NCBI GenBank assembly: GCA_030646995.1
Contig: JAUSKF010000002.1
Coordinates: forward strand, 76,092-140,091
Origin: a bacterium
Lineage (GTDB): Bacteria > Patescibacteriota > Minisyncoccia > UBA6257 > WO2-44-18
Reading direction: 5' to 3'
Length of the DNA stretch: 64,000 nt
Position numbers and translations under genes: made by a program. The notes below the pieces were generated by a model that searched no databases, was not told where the DNA came from, and saw only the letters and a list, made by a program, of their open reading frames with translations. Below are positions 29,168 through 39,027 of this stretch, piece after piece. The stretch's first letter is position 1. Every line of letters begins with the position of its first letter.

Positions 29168-29551
29168 TTATTTATCTTTAGCAAACCAAGCCTCTTTAAT
29201 CTCGGCCATCAATTCATCCGAAATAGGCAATCGCTTTCCGGGCTGACTTTTGCCGGGGTAACGCCAAGTAGAAATCATCACTCTTGTTGAACTTTTTACT
29301 TTCAACTTTTCACTATTCAACTCCCCCGAGCCAATTGCATACATCAGCCAAATCTCCTGCTTCCGCTTTGGTGTATCATTCCGCATCATCACCGCCAAAG
29401 TTCCTTCGGCGACCCCCTCTTCCTTGCGGGCGGGGTTTTTCAAAATAGTTTTAATTTTTTGCTCGGAAATGCCGTAAAAAAGCATCTTATCTTTTATATG
29501 CTGGGTCCACCGGAAATTCTTGTCGTTTTTAGGAAACTTCACGAAAGACAT
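29168..29551 (-). CDS. DUF4258-like hypothetical protein
   Basis: WTQH..KM..YGISE..I...NP, ISTWRYPG. Confidence 0.7.
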   Translation of the reverse strand: MSFVKFPKNDKNFRWTQHIKDKMLFYGISEQKIKTILKNPARKEEGVAEGTLAVMMRNDTPKRKQEIWLMYAIGSGELNSEKLKVKSSTRVMISTWRYPGKSQPGKRLPISDELMAEIKEAWFAKDK

Positions 29552-29592
29552 AGAAGCGCCGTTAAGGCGTAGTTGTTATATACTAAAGGTAA

Positions 29593-31416
29593 ATGAGGTA
29601 CTTATCTACTCTGGTCCGGATCATCCTACTCTCCTTCATAGTTTTCTTAGCCGGAGTCTTAATGGTCAAAAGCTCCCTTGGAGACTCTCCTATTAGCCAA
29701 GAACCCGCCAATTTAGCCGCCGGCTATGGCTATATAAGACTTCTGGACTATCGACTTGGTGTGGAGCAACCGCCACTCGGCAAGGCTTTATCTGCGGTGC
29801 CACTTTTATTTCAAAAATTAACCTTCCCAATCGCCAGCTTGAACTGGCAACGAGATATTAATAGCTCGCAAGCCGTCGGCCGGCAATTTCTGTACGAATC
29901 AGGAAATAGCCCGAGTCAGATGATTAACGCCAGAAGAATCGTGCCGATTATTTTTACTTTATTATTAATCCTCGCAATTTATTGGACATCTAAAGAATTA
30001 ATCGGAAAATGGTGGGCGCTTTTGCCCGCTTTTCTTTTTGCCTTTTTCCCAACCGCGCTGGCCTACGGGCACTATGCCACCACTTCAGCCGCCTCCACTC
30101 TAGCAATCTTTGGAGCGGTAATAAGTTTTCTGTGGTTCCTCAATCAACCCTCCAAGCGAAAAATGCTCTGGGCGGCCGTCGCTTTCGGATTAGCTCAACT
30201 AACCACCTTCGCGGCTTTAATTCTTATTCCCTATTTTCTGATAATTTTGACAATTTTCTATCTGGCAAGCGTAACACGAGATTACCGGATGACTGACCCG
30301 CGCGAGCGCTTGCGACGCTTTGGCTTGCGGGCCTTTCGTTATTTTCGGTCACTGATGGTTATTTTCACAATTGGTTTCTTGTTGGTTTTTAGCATTTATT
30401 TGCTTTTCACTTTGAGCTACCCGCTTGAGAAACAGCAATCCGACACCACTTTCATCCTCGATCAATTCCAACCGCAATGGCTGGGCGACTTCGTAACACA
30501 AATTTCCGGCACGCCCGTCTTGCGGGCTGCCGCGCATTATCTTTTGGGAATTACATTGAATTGGCCGGTAGAATCCAACTCTGCAGAAGGGTCGCTCTTG
30601 ATAAGCGCGGGCCTCAAAACCCCAATCGCTTTGCTATTGCTGATACTCATCTCCTTAGTATTTTCTCTGATGAACATTGGCAAAGCCCTTTGGAGCATGC
30701 TCCGCCGCCGCACAAAGAACTTTTCTGATTATTTAAATACCGACTTCACTGAATTCGCGATGTTAATTTTCACTGGAACCTACTGGGCCGGTAGCCTAGC
30801 ACTGGGCGCGACAGGGTTAGAAAAAATACTACCCACACTCCCCTTCTTGTTCATCTTAATCAGCAACGGAATCAGAAAGTGGTCTGCCGGCACAGAGCTC
30901 GCCAATGCCCGCAATTTGGTAATCAAAATATTTCTAGTATACGAAGAATTTCTCCAACTTTCTTTAAAATCCGCAGCTTTGATAATTCTGGTAGTCGCCT
31001 ATTTCATAACTCCTCTGATTACCTATCCTCATTTTCTATCATTCTCTAATTTGCTGGCCGGCGGCACAAAAAACGGCCATCGACACCTCACCGATTCAGA
31101 TTATGACCTCGGCCAAGATTTAATCCGCCTTAAAACTTGGACTGTGGCTAACCTACCCGAATTTGATAAAATTGCCGTGGACTATTCCGGCGGCGGGGAT
31201 ATAAAAATCATAGCGCTAGCCGAAGAGTGGGAGTCCGCAAAAGGCGACCCGATTAATGATGGAATCCGCTGGCTTGCAATCTCCGCAACTACGCTCGCCA
31301 ACGCAAAAAAATCTGCCAATGCCGAAGATCAATATATCTGGCTAACCGCGTCCGCCAGCTGGCGGATTTACGCCCGCGCCGGAACTTCGATATTTATTTA
31401 TAAACTGGTGGAGTAA
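29593..31416 (+). CDS. GT-C fold (ArnT/PMT-like) membrane glycosyltransferase
   Basis: Multi-TM; EQPPLGK, DSDYDLGQDL. Confidence 0.8.
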   Translation: MRYLSTLVRIILLSFIVFLAGVLMVKSSLGDSPISQEPANLAAGYGYIRLLDYRLGVEQPPLGKALSAVPLLFQKLTFPIASLNWQRDINSSQAVGRQFLYESGNSPSQMINARRIVPIIFTLLLILAIYWTSKELIGKWWALLPAFLFAFFPTALAYGHYATTSAASTLAIFGAVISFLWFLNQPSKRKMLWAAVAFGLAQLTTFAALILIPYFLIILTIFYLASVTRDYRMTDPRERLRRFGLRAFRYFRSLMVIFTIGFLLVFSIYLLFTLSYPLEKQQSDTTFILDQFQPQWLGDFVTQISGTPVLRAAAHYLLGITLNWPVESNSAEGSLLISAGLKTPIALLLLILISLVFSLMNIGKALWSMLRRRTKNFSDYLNTDFTEFAMLIFTGTYWAGSLALGATGLEKILPTLPFLFILISNGIRKWSAGTELANARNLVIKIFLVYEEFLQLSLKSAALIILVVAYFITPLITYPHFLSFSNLLAGGTKNGHRHLTDSDYDLGQDLIRLKTWTVANLPEFDKIAVDYSGGGDIKIIALAEEWESAKGDPINDGIRWLAISATTLANAKKSANAEDQYIWLTASASWRIYARAGTSIFIYKLVE

Positions 31417-31518
31417 TCACGAATAATGCAAATTAATTAACTAAATAATGCGAATGGTAATCCGCACTTCTTATTCGCAATATTACCTCCCCCAATTCGT
31501 ATTATTAGCGATTACTCC

Positions 31519-32256
31519 TTACCTGCTTTTAAGGTAAATCCGGTTTTCTACAGTAAAGTCTACGTATTCAGAAGTCCGCAGTTTGCCGGACAACATCAAA
31601 TCCTGAAGATAAGAAAATATTTTTAGAGAAGGTAAAAATCGGACGCTAAAAATTAACTTTTCCCCGCGCACGCCAAAAGCAGTCAGTTCCTGTAGACGCG
31701 CGTCAAAACGATATTCGCTGACTCCCAACACCAACCCATTCAATCCGGCCATAATCCTTTGCACGTTCTCAAAGGCATCAACCGCCATCACAGAATCTCC
31801 AATTCTGACAATTTTGCCGGCCGCATCCACAATCTTAGGAATGGCCGAACCCTCGGTGTCGGGGGCTTTCTCTATTAACTGCCCGCCTCGGCTAATCCAA
31901 TAGCAATCATTACTGCACCAGATTGCAAACCTATCAGCCGCTCTGGCCACTATTCGCAAAGTGCCGGTCAAGAAGTCCTTCTCTACCTTAAATCCTGAAA
32001 CCGTGGACGGCCAAGAAAGGAAGTTTCCGAAACCTAAAAATCTGGCTAAGTCGCCATTCAAAAGCTCCCCGCGAATCTCCTCGAAGTCCGCAGAGCCGGA
32101 AACATCAAATTTCTTAATCCGAAAAAAATCAAAATTTAAAAGAGTGTACAAAATGCCTAATCCTAGAAAAGTCAGCAGGCCTGCGTAGCAATAAAGTTTT
32201 AATCTAAGTCTGCGGTAGTATTTTCGCTTTTGAATTTTAGAAAGAGGTAGAGCCAT
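31519..32256 (-). CDS. FtsQ/DivIB-like cell division protein
   Basis: Basic N-terminus, TM helix, FFRIKKFDVSG POTRA start, C-terminal EYVDFTVENRIY. Confidence 0.7.
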   Translation of the reverse strand: MALPLSKIQKRKYYRRLRLKLYCYAGLLTFLGLGILYTLLNFDFFRIKKFDVSGSADFEEIRGELLNGDLARFLGFGNFLSWPSTVSGFKVEKDFLTGTLRIVARAADRFAIWCSNDCYWISRGGQLIEKAPDTEGSAIPKIVDAAGKIVRIGDSVMAVDAFENVQRIMAGLNGLVLGVSEYRFDARLQELTAFGVRGEKLIFSVRFLPSLKIFSYLQDLMLSGKLRTSEYVDFTVENRIYLKSR

Positions 32257-32267
32257 CCGGTCATTAT

Positions 32268-33383
32268 TTACTTAATAATGCGTTCAATTAAAGGATTAAT
32301 CCGAGTTAAAACTTCATAATAACTCGCTCCACCGGCGCGACGGGCAACTTCGTAAGCGCTCATTTCTTCAGTTTTCTGCCTGCCTATCAACGTAACGGAA
32401 TCCCCTCTTTTTACAGAAATTCCTGTCACATCCACCACTATCATATCCATAGAAACGCGGCCCAAAATTCTAGCTCGCTTGCCTCCCACTAATACTTCAC
32501 CAACACCGGAGAGTGAGCGCGGATATCCATGCCAATAACCAATCGGAATTACGGCAATTTTAGATTTTTTGGAAACCCGCTCGGTTAGGTCGTAGCCCAC
32601 AAAATCACCGGCCTCCACTTCTTTCACCTCGCTGATCAACGCGCGCCACGATAGAACCGGTTCCAGTTTAATTTTTTCCATCTGAATGCCAAGCTCGGTA
32701 GAAGGCCATAAACCATAAAGCCCGATACCAATGCGGACCGCATCCAAATGGTATTTTTTATTCACTAAAGTGCCGCCGGTTGCCGCCGCGTGACGTAAAA
32801 GATTCTTCAGGCCGGCTTTTTCCAGAACCTCAACAGCTTTCTGAAATTCCGCGAATTGCTGATCAGTAAAGGTCGGGTAATTAATGTCTTTGGCGGAAGC
32901 GAAGTGCGTATAAACACCGGTGCAATCGGCTTTCATTGCATCATTCATTAGTTTCAAAGCGCCCGGTAAATCTTTTGTATAGAAACCTTGGCGATGCATT
33001 CCGGTATCAATCTTCAAATGAAACTCGGGATGATATTTTGAAGTCTTTAATTCTTTCAATGCCTCTAAGCTGGAGATAGTTATAGTAATTTCATTTTCCG
33101 CAGCCGCTTTTAGAAGATTCGTGAAGGTCGGGCCAAGTACCAAGATTGGCTTAGTGATCCCTTCTTCACGTAAGCGAACTCCTTCTACTACGCTATCCAC
33201 ACAAAAACCATCAACCCCCAAAGAATCGGCTATTTTAGAAAAGGTTACGAGACCATGGCCGTAGGCGTTGGATTTCACAACCGCAAAAAGCTTGGTCTTG
33301 GAACCAACCAAATTGCGGAAGATTTTCAGATTGCGCTGAACCGCCTTTCGGCTTATTTCTATCCAAGTCTTGTAAGTATTCAT
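32268..33383 (-). CDS. alr: alanine racemase
   Basis: AVVKSNAYGHG, HLKIDTGMHRQG, GRVSMD. Confidence 0.97.
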   Translation of the reverse strand: MNTYKTWIEISRKAVQRNLKIFRNLVGSKTKLFAVVKSNAYGHGLVTFSKIADSLGVDGFCVDSVVEGVRLREEGITKPILVLGPTFTNLLKAAAENEITITISSLEALKELKTSKYHPEFHLKIDTGMHRQGFYTKDLPGALKLMNDAMKADCTGVYTHFASAKDINYPTFTDQQFAEFQKAVEVLEKAGLKNLLRHAAATGGTLVNKKYHLDAVRIGIGLYGLWPSTELGIQMEKIKLEPVLSWRALISEVKEVEAGDFVGYDLTERVSKKSKIAVIPIGYWHGYPRSLSGVGEVLVGGKRARILGRVSMDMIVVDVTGISVKRGDSVTLIGRQKTEEMSAYEVARRAGGASYYEVLTRINPLIERIIK

Positions 33384-33470
33384 CAATGAGCTTAATTTAT
33401 CACAAAAATTGCGTTTTGCATAGGTTCGTTGTAAAATAATTCTAGTTTTGTTGATAGATGAGGAGGCTGG

Positions 33471-33995
33471 ATGGCACGCTTTAAAGTTTGGCGGCCATTC
33501 AAAGAGTGGCCTCCGGTAATGAAAGCGGCGGCGTTTATGCTTCCGGCCACGCTGACCGTCATTCTGCATCAGTGGCTAATGCCCATATCACCCGACACTC
33601 GGGAAATATTGGCGCGCTACTATCGTAGCGAGCTGCAGTCTTGGATGAATATCGTGGACTTCATCATCTTTATTCCCTTTAAAGAAGAAGCCCTCTATCG
33701 CTGGCCATCGCTAATGCTCCTGCTTTGCTTGTTCGGTCAGATTCATAGGCGAGACCCAGCCAACAGGAGAAGCTGGGTGATAACGGCCTACGTTCTATCC
33801 ATCTCCACCCTGGTCGCGATGACGGCTTATTGGGCAAGCTTCCATGATTACCCGCTTACGGTTTTCTGCTACGGGCTAGTCTGGGGCTGGCTGATATTCA
33901 AAACCAGAAACCCTTTCTATTCCTGGCTCTTCCACTCCCTAAGCAACGCCTTCTCAATTCTCTTCATCGTTTTGGGCTATCACCTGATCTACTAA
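33471..33995 (+). CDS. CPBP (CAAX/Abi) family intramembrane metalloprotease
   Basis: EEALYR, ASFH, HSLSN motifs in TM helices; GAGGAGG SD. Confidence 0.8.
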   Translation: MARFKVWRPFKEWPPVMKAAAFMLPATLTVILHQWLMPISPDTREILARYYRSELQSWMNIVDFIIFIPFKEEALYRWPSLMLLLCLFGQIHRRDPANRRSWVITAYVLSISTLVAMTAYWASFHDYPLTVFCYGLVWGWLIFKTRNPFYSWLFHSLSNAFSILFIVLGYHLIY

Positions 33996-34075
33996 TGACT
34001 AACAACAACTTACGACGAACGACAAAGCCTCCGAGAAATCGGGGGCTTTTTTATTCGCGATTACTCCACCTGTCC

Positions 34076-34175
34076 GTCATTGCGAGGATTCACCAGAATC
34101 CGTGGCAATCTTACTATAGTGCGATTTATAAATAGCTTTTCTGCTAGATTGCCGCGGGATTACCCTCGCAATGAC
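34076..34175. repeat. GTCATTGCGAG-type REP-like palindromic element
   Basis: GTCATTGCGAGG...CGTGGCAATCT and AGATTGCCGCG...CCTCGCAATGAC inverted ends. Confidence 0.8.
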
Positions 34176-34184
34176 AGCCGGGAC

Positions 34185-35498
34185 TTATTCGCGATTACTC
34201 CTGATTTCTTTCTTGCCAACCAATTTTCTCAAAACTTTCGGTACCATCACCGTCCCCTCTTTAGTCTGATAATTTTCCAGAATCGCGATAATGATACGCC
34301 CGATGGCGAAAGCAGTAGCGTCGTTCATATGCACGAACTCGGTCTTCCCATCTTTCCGGCGGACCTTCGTCGATAATCGACGAGACTGGTAATCGGTCAT
34401 CAAATCAGAAGTATGGGTCTCGCGATATTTATTCTGACCGGGAAGCCAAGCCTCAATATCAATCTGCCGATAATCTGGACCGCCCATATCGCCGGTGCAA
34501 ACCGAAACCACCTGATATGGAATCTCCAGCTGCTGCATCAGATACTCCTGAATACCCACGATAAAATCTTGCTCCTTACGGGAATTTTCGGGAGTCGTGA
34601 AAGACTCCATTTCCAACTTATCGAACTGATGCATCCGCAAGATTCCCTTTACGTCTTTTCCGTGGGAACCGGCCTCACGGCGGAAGCTAGTGGAATAGCC
34701 GATATATCGTAAAGGAAACTTATCCTCCTGAATCGTAGAATCCATATGAATCGGACCGAGTGTATGCTCGGCGCTTCCAACAAGATAGATGTCGTCTGTC
34801 TGCAAATGATAACGCTCTTCTTCTTGGCCGGGATCTAATCGAGCCATTCTCTTAAATACTTCCGGCTTAATCATTACAGGAGGAAGGACCGGCACAAAAG
34901 GCTTCGCCGAATATCCTTTTTCAACTTGGTTAGCAATCTTTTTTAAAACTTTTTCATTTCCCAGCGTATCAAATACGAATTTGATGATTGCCATCTGCAA
35001 TAAAGCCGCATCCCCTTTCAGGTAAGCAAAACGGCTGCCGGAAACTTTTCCGGCGGTTTCAGTATCAATGATTCCTAGCGCTTCGCCGAGAGTCAGATGA
35101 TCTTTCGGTTCGAAATTAAATTTAGTCGGAGCGCCTTCACCCGCCTGGGCGGGCCACTGGCGGATTGGTTTATTCCCCGATTCATCAGGCCCCACCGGCA
35201 CATCGTCAGCTGGTAGGTTTGGGATTTTTACCCAAGCCAAATGCCTTTCTTTCTCCAATTCCGGCAGTCCCACTTCAGCCGCTTTCATTTCTTCTTTCAC
35301 TTTTTTCGCCTCTTCGATATTCCGCTCTTTACTGAACTGATTCAGTTTCGCGCGTAAATCCTCAATTTTCTTTACCGCCTCACGCCATTTGGTATCTTTT
35401 TCTAATAATAAATCCACGGCAGCAGCCGGCACATTCTTTTTGGCAACGCCATCTTTAACTAAATCTGGATTTTTGCGAATGAGTTCGATATCCAACAT
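34185..35498 (-). CDS. serS: serine--tRNA ligase
   Basis: MLDI, IPNLP, FRREAGSHG, RMHQFDKLE, DIEAWLP, ILENYQ. Confidence 0.97.
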   Translation of the reverse strand: MLDIELIRKNPDLVKDGVAKKNVPAAAVDLLLEKDTKWREAVKKIEDLRAKLNQFSKERNIEEAKKVKEEMKAAEVGLPELEKERHLAWVKIPNLPADDVPVGPDESGNKPIRQWPAQAGEGAPTKFNFEPKDHLTLGEALGIIDTETAGKVSGSRFAYLKGDAALLQMAIIKFVFDTLGNEKVLKKIANQVEKGYSAKPFVPVLPPVMIKPEVFKRMARLDPGQEEERYHLQTDDIYLVGSAEHTLGPIHMDSTIQEDKFPLRYIGYSTSFRREAGSHGKDVKGILRMHQFDKLEMESFTTPENSRKEQDFIVGIQEYLMQQLEIPYQVVSVCTGDMGGPDYRQIDIEAWLPGQNKYRETHTSDLMTDYQSRRLSTKVRRKDGKTEFVHMNDATAFAIGRIIIAILENYQTKEGTVMVPKVLRKLVGKKEIRSNRE

Positions 35499-35504
35499 AC
35501 AAAT

Positions 35505-35545
<41 letters not shown>

Positions 35546-35632
35546 TCGGAACAAAAATCCATATGTCCAACGCGTTAGACATATGAAAAATAAAAATCCC
35601 CATGTCCAACGCGTTGGACATGGGGATTCTAG

Positions 35633-35884
35633 TTAACAGCCGTTTTCCGGAGACCACTTCTTGTCGGCCGAAGTCTCTTCTGCTGTCTTTATCAGCCTCC
35701 TGGTTTCGGCATGAGAGTCAATTGGCTTTGGGGATTCCACTTTCGGAGTGAAGGGATAAGAGACCTCATTGAGCATTTCTACTGACCCTTCGCTGGTTTC
35801 CAGCAAAAGGTATCTTCCGCAGTCTTTGACCTTTACCCCATGACTCTGAAACAGGGCCGCGAGCTGTGCGACATCAATTTCCAT
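35633..35884 (-). CDS. small hypothetical protein
   Basis: GAGGAGG SD before ATG 35884; hairpin immediately downstream. Confidence 0.6.
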   Translation of the reverse strand: MEIDVAQLAALFQSHGVKVKDCGRYLLLETSEGSVEMLNEVSYPFTPKVESPKPIDSHAETRRLIKTAEETSADKKWSPENGC

Positions 35885-36059
35885 GGCTTTCCTCCTCAAT
35901 AGTGCTGTGGGCTATTTTAGCACAACCGGCCCCAAAAGCAACCCCCCAACTTAAACATCTTACGACCGCAAGATGTTTAAGTTGAGGTGCGCAAATAGAA
36001 ATAAAATTTTTTGCAATCAAATTTAGCCCGTAATTCTACTATTGGCTTTTGGCTAAACC

Positions 36060-37400
36060 CTACCCCTTAGGCCTTAAAGTCGGAAACAAAATAATCTCCT
36101 TCACCGCGTGCGCTTTAGTGGCGATAGCTACTAAGCGATCAATCCCAATACCCAAACCAGCGGCGGGAGGCATACCGTATTCAAGGGCCTCCAAGAAATC
36201 CTCGTCTTTGCGGGAAGCTTCCTCGTCCCCTGCTCTGAATGCCTTCTCTTGCCGCTCCATCTGCTCACGCTGAAAAACCGGATCATTCAGTTCGGAAAAT
36301 CCTTTAACCACTTCCGCTCCGTTTACAATCAACTGGAAGCTTTCGGTCAGGGTTTTGTCTTTCTCATGCAATTTCGCCAAGGGCATTAATGACTCCGGAT
36401 AATCAGTCACAAAGGTAGGCTCCACAATCTTCGGACGTACAGAGCGCTTAAACGCCTCATCCAACTCTTTCGCCGGAATAGTCTTATAATCCTTGCCGGA
36501 GTGCTGTTTGAAAATTTCTGCAAAAGTAACTGTCTTCCATTTTCCGGGTATAAGTTTTTTCAATAATTTCTGAGTGAATTTCATCAAACCCTGATAATCC
36601 TGATAAGCCCAATAGAGCTCAAGCTCGGTGAATTCCGGATTGTGGTCGCGATCCATTCCTTCGTTGCGGAAAACTTTGCCCAGCTCAAAAACTTTCTCCA
36701 TTCCGCCGATCAACAATCGTTTCAGGTAAAGCTCCGGGGCGATACGCAGGAAAAAATCCACATCCAAGGCGTTGTGGTGAGTTTTAAATGGCCGAGCTTT
36801 GGCTCCGCCGGGAATCGGCTGAAGAGTTGGGGTTTCTACTTCCAAAAATCCTTCCTCGGCCAAAAAGTCTCGGATGTATTCAATTATCTGCGAACGCTCA
36901 ACCAACTGCTGGCGGACTTCGGCATTCAGCATTAAATCCAGGTAGCGTTTACGAAAACGTTCTTCGGTGTCGCTTAGGCCATGCCAGACGGATGGCAAAG
37001 GACGCAAAGTCTTCGTTATCACCCTCATCGATTTTGCCTCTACGCTCTTCTCCCCTCTTTTCGTCTTAAATAGCGGGCCGGCAACTTCCACAAAATCACC
37101 GATATCTAAATTATCTTTGAGGGCCTGAAAATTACCCAAATTAGTTTTGCTGAAAACAATCTGGATTTTTTCTCTCGAGCCATCAGTAAGATCGGCAAAA
37201 GCCACGCCACCCTGCACGCGAAGGCCAAGCAAACGGCCGGTCAACCAAACTTTAGTTTTCTTTTTAGATAACGCAGCGAAATCCTTTACCACATGAGCCA
37301 CCAGATGGGTGCGCTTAACTTGCGATGGATAAACGTTTACGCCCAGCTTCTCCAGCTCGGCCTTCTTTTTAAGGCGCTCTTTAATAAGGTCTTCCAACAT
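36060..37400 (-). CDS. lysS: lysine--tRNA ligase (class II)
   Basis: GGAKARPF.THHNAL, LRIAPELYLKRL, FRNEG, YGMPP..G.GIGIDRL. Confidence 0.97.
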   Translation of the reverse strand: MLEDLIKERLKKKAELEKLGVNVYPSQVKRTHLVAHVVKDFAALSKKKTKVWLTGRLLGLRVQGGVAFADLTDGSREKIQIVFSKTNLGNFQALKDNLDIGDFVEVAGPLFKTKRGEKSVEAKSMRVITKTLRPLPSVWHGLSDTEERFRKRYLDLMLNAEVRQQLVERSQIIEYIRDFLAEEGFLEVETPTLQPIPGGAKARPFKTHHNALDVDFFLRIAPELYLKRLLIGGMEKVFELGKVFRNEGMDRDHNPEFTELELYWAYQDYQGLMKFTQKLLKKLIPGKWKTVTFAEIFKQHSGKDYKTIPAKELDEAFKRSVRPKIVEPTFVTDYPESLMPLAKLHEKDKTLTESFQLIVNGAEVVKGFSELNDPVFQREQMERQEKAFRAGDEEASRKDEDFLEALEYGMPPAAGLGIGIDRLVAIATKAHAVKEIILFPTLRPKG

Positions 37401-37416
37401 TTATATATAAAGAATA

Positions 37417-37869
37417 CTACTTAACAGACACAATCTTGTAAGTCATTTCGCCAGCCGGAGTTTTTACCTTAACGGAATCTCCTTTAGATTTATGCATAAA
37501 AGCGGAACCCATAGGCGATTCATTGGAAATCTTGCCACCAGCTGGATCGGTTTCATTATGGCCAACGATTTTGAGTGCTAATTTTTTACCGTCTTTTTCG
37601 ACTTCAATCTCGGAACCAATCTGCACCTTGTCTCCCTTAACTTGAGTAATCAAAATAGCGTTCTTAATCATGTCTTCCAGCTCAAAGATGCGGGTCTCAA
37701 CTTGCACCTGCTCATCGCGGGCCTCCATATATTCGGCGTTCTCGGAAAGATCGCCCAACTCTTTGGCGCGCTTCAAGCGCTCGGCAACCTCTGCGCGTTT
37801 CTGAGTTTTTAATATTTCCAATTCTTTCTTCAATTCCTCAAGCTTCTCGGATGATAGATGATATTCCAT
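37417..37869 (-). CDS. greA: transcription elongation factor GreA
   Basis: GDLSENAEY, ISNESPMG. Confidence 0.97.
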   Translation of the reverse strand: MEYHLSSEKLEELKKELEILKTQKRAEVAERLKRAKELGDLSENAEYMEARDEQVQVETRIFELEDMIKNAILITQVKGDKVQIGSEIEVEKDGKKLALKIVGHNETDPAGGKISNESPMGSAFMHKSKGDSVKVKTPAGEMTYKIVSVK

Positions 37870-37930
37870 TGTTGTATATTCTAACTATTTAAACATTTAA
37901 ATATTTAAATATCAAGCAAAAATTTAAATA

Positions 37931-38665
37931 TCAAGAATTTAAATCATAAGACTTCCTCCAGAGCCACCAGCGAACTTTCACCGCCTCAAAAAGCACCTGG
38001 AAATACGAGTACCATCGGACATGGGAGCGGGCGTCATTCACCCAATGCACCGGCATTTCACGAATCTGATAGCCAAGTGACCGAGCTAAAGCCAGAGCCT
38101 CCACGTCGGACCCCCAGCGATTCAGCCGGGCCAAAGAAAAAATCTTCTTACTCGCCTCTTCAGAAAAACATTTAAACCCACACTGACTGTCCCAAATACC
38201 CCGCAACAACAAAATCTGCACAAATAAATTACCCAACTTACCGGCGAGTTGCTTTAAAATATTCTGCGGCGGATTGAGCTTCGAGCCCTTCACTGCGCGC
38301 GAACCGATTACTACTTCATAGCCCTCATCAAGAGATGGAATCATTTTATTGAACTCGACGATTGAGGTGGAATTGTCGGCGTCCATAAATACCCGCCAGT
38401 TGCCTTTTGCAGCCAACATCCCCTCCCGTACCGCCGCTCCTTTCCCTTTATTTTCTTTCAGCCTGATTATTTTTAAATTTTCTATCAACGGCTTAAACCG
38501 CTCCGTAATCTCTGCGGTGGCATCAGTGGAGCCATCGTCAATCACCAGAATTTCATAGGAATACTCCTGCTCAGAAAGATGCCGGTCAACGTCAATCAAC
38601 GTCAAAGGAAGCCTTTTGGCTTCGTTGTAAGCGGGAATAATAACGGACAGATATGGTTTTGCCAC
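37931..38665 (-). CDS. GT2 dolichyl-phosphate glucosyltransferase-like protein
   Basis: IIPAYNE, DDGSTD, GKG.AV, DAD, DSQCGFK. Confidence 0.9.
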   Translation of the reverse strand: MAKPYLSVIIPAYNEAKRLPLTLIDVDRHLSEQEYSYEILVIDDGSTDATAEITERFKPLIENLKIIRLKENKGKGAAVREGMLAAKGNWRVFMDADNSTSIVEFNKMIPSLDEGYEVVIGSRAVKGSKLNPPQNILKQLAGKLGNLFVQILLLRGIWDSQCGFKCFSEEASKKIFSLARLNRWGSDVEALALARSLGYQIREMPVHWVNDARSHVRWYSYFQVLFEAVKVRWWLWRKSYDLNS

Positions 38666-38694
38666 TACTCTTAGTATATCAAAGCAACGAGATG

Positions 38695-39027
38695 CTAATT
38701 AAAAAAATCTAAGCCTATTTTATTCAGCACAAAATAGAATACTGAAGAAATTATGCCGAGCATCCAGTCAAAAATTTTAGCAAAAAATCTAACCACTATC
38801 ATCACTATCTTCCAAACCCCTGCCAAAAATCCCTTAGCCTGCTCTTCTGTGGGCAGTGCCTTATTAATCTCTTGCGCTACCGGAGCGATGTTAATCTTTT
38901 TTTGAATCTCCTGATTAACGGTTTTAGCGGCATCTAAAGCTTTATCAAAATTTACTTCGGCCAAGACGGGCGTGGCAGAAAGTAGTAAGTAGAAAATAGA
39001 TAGTAGAATAATTCGAAAAGGTATCAT
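38695..39027 (-). CDS. hypothetical exported/membrane protein
   Basis: Signal peptide ending PVLA and a C-terminal amphipathic helix; overlaps the upstream stop codon. Confidence 0.7.
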   Translation of the reverse strand: MIPFRIILLSIFYLLLSATPVLAEVNFDKALDAAKTVNQEIQKKINIAPVAQEINKALPTEEQAKGFLAGVWKIVMIVVRFFAKIFDWMLGIISSVFYFVLNKIGLDFFN

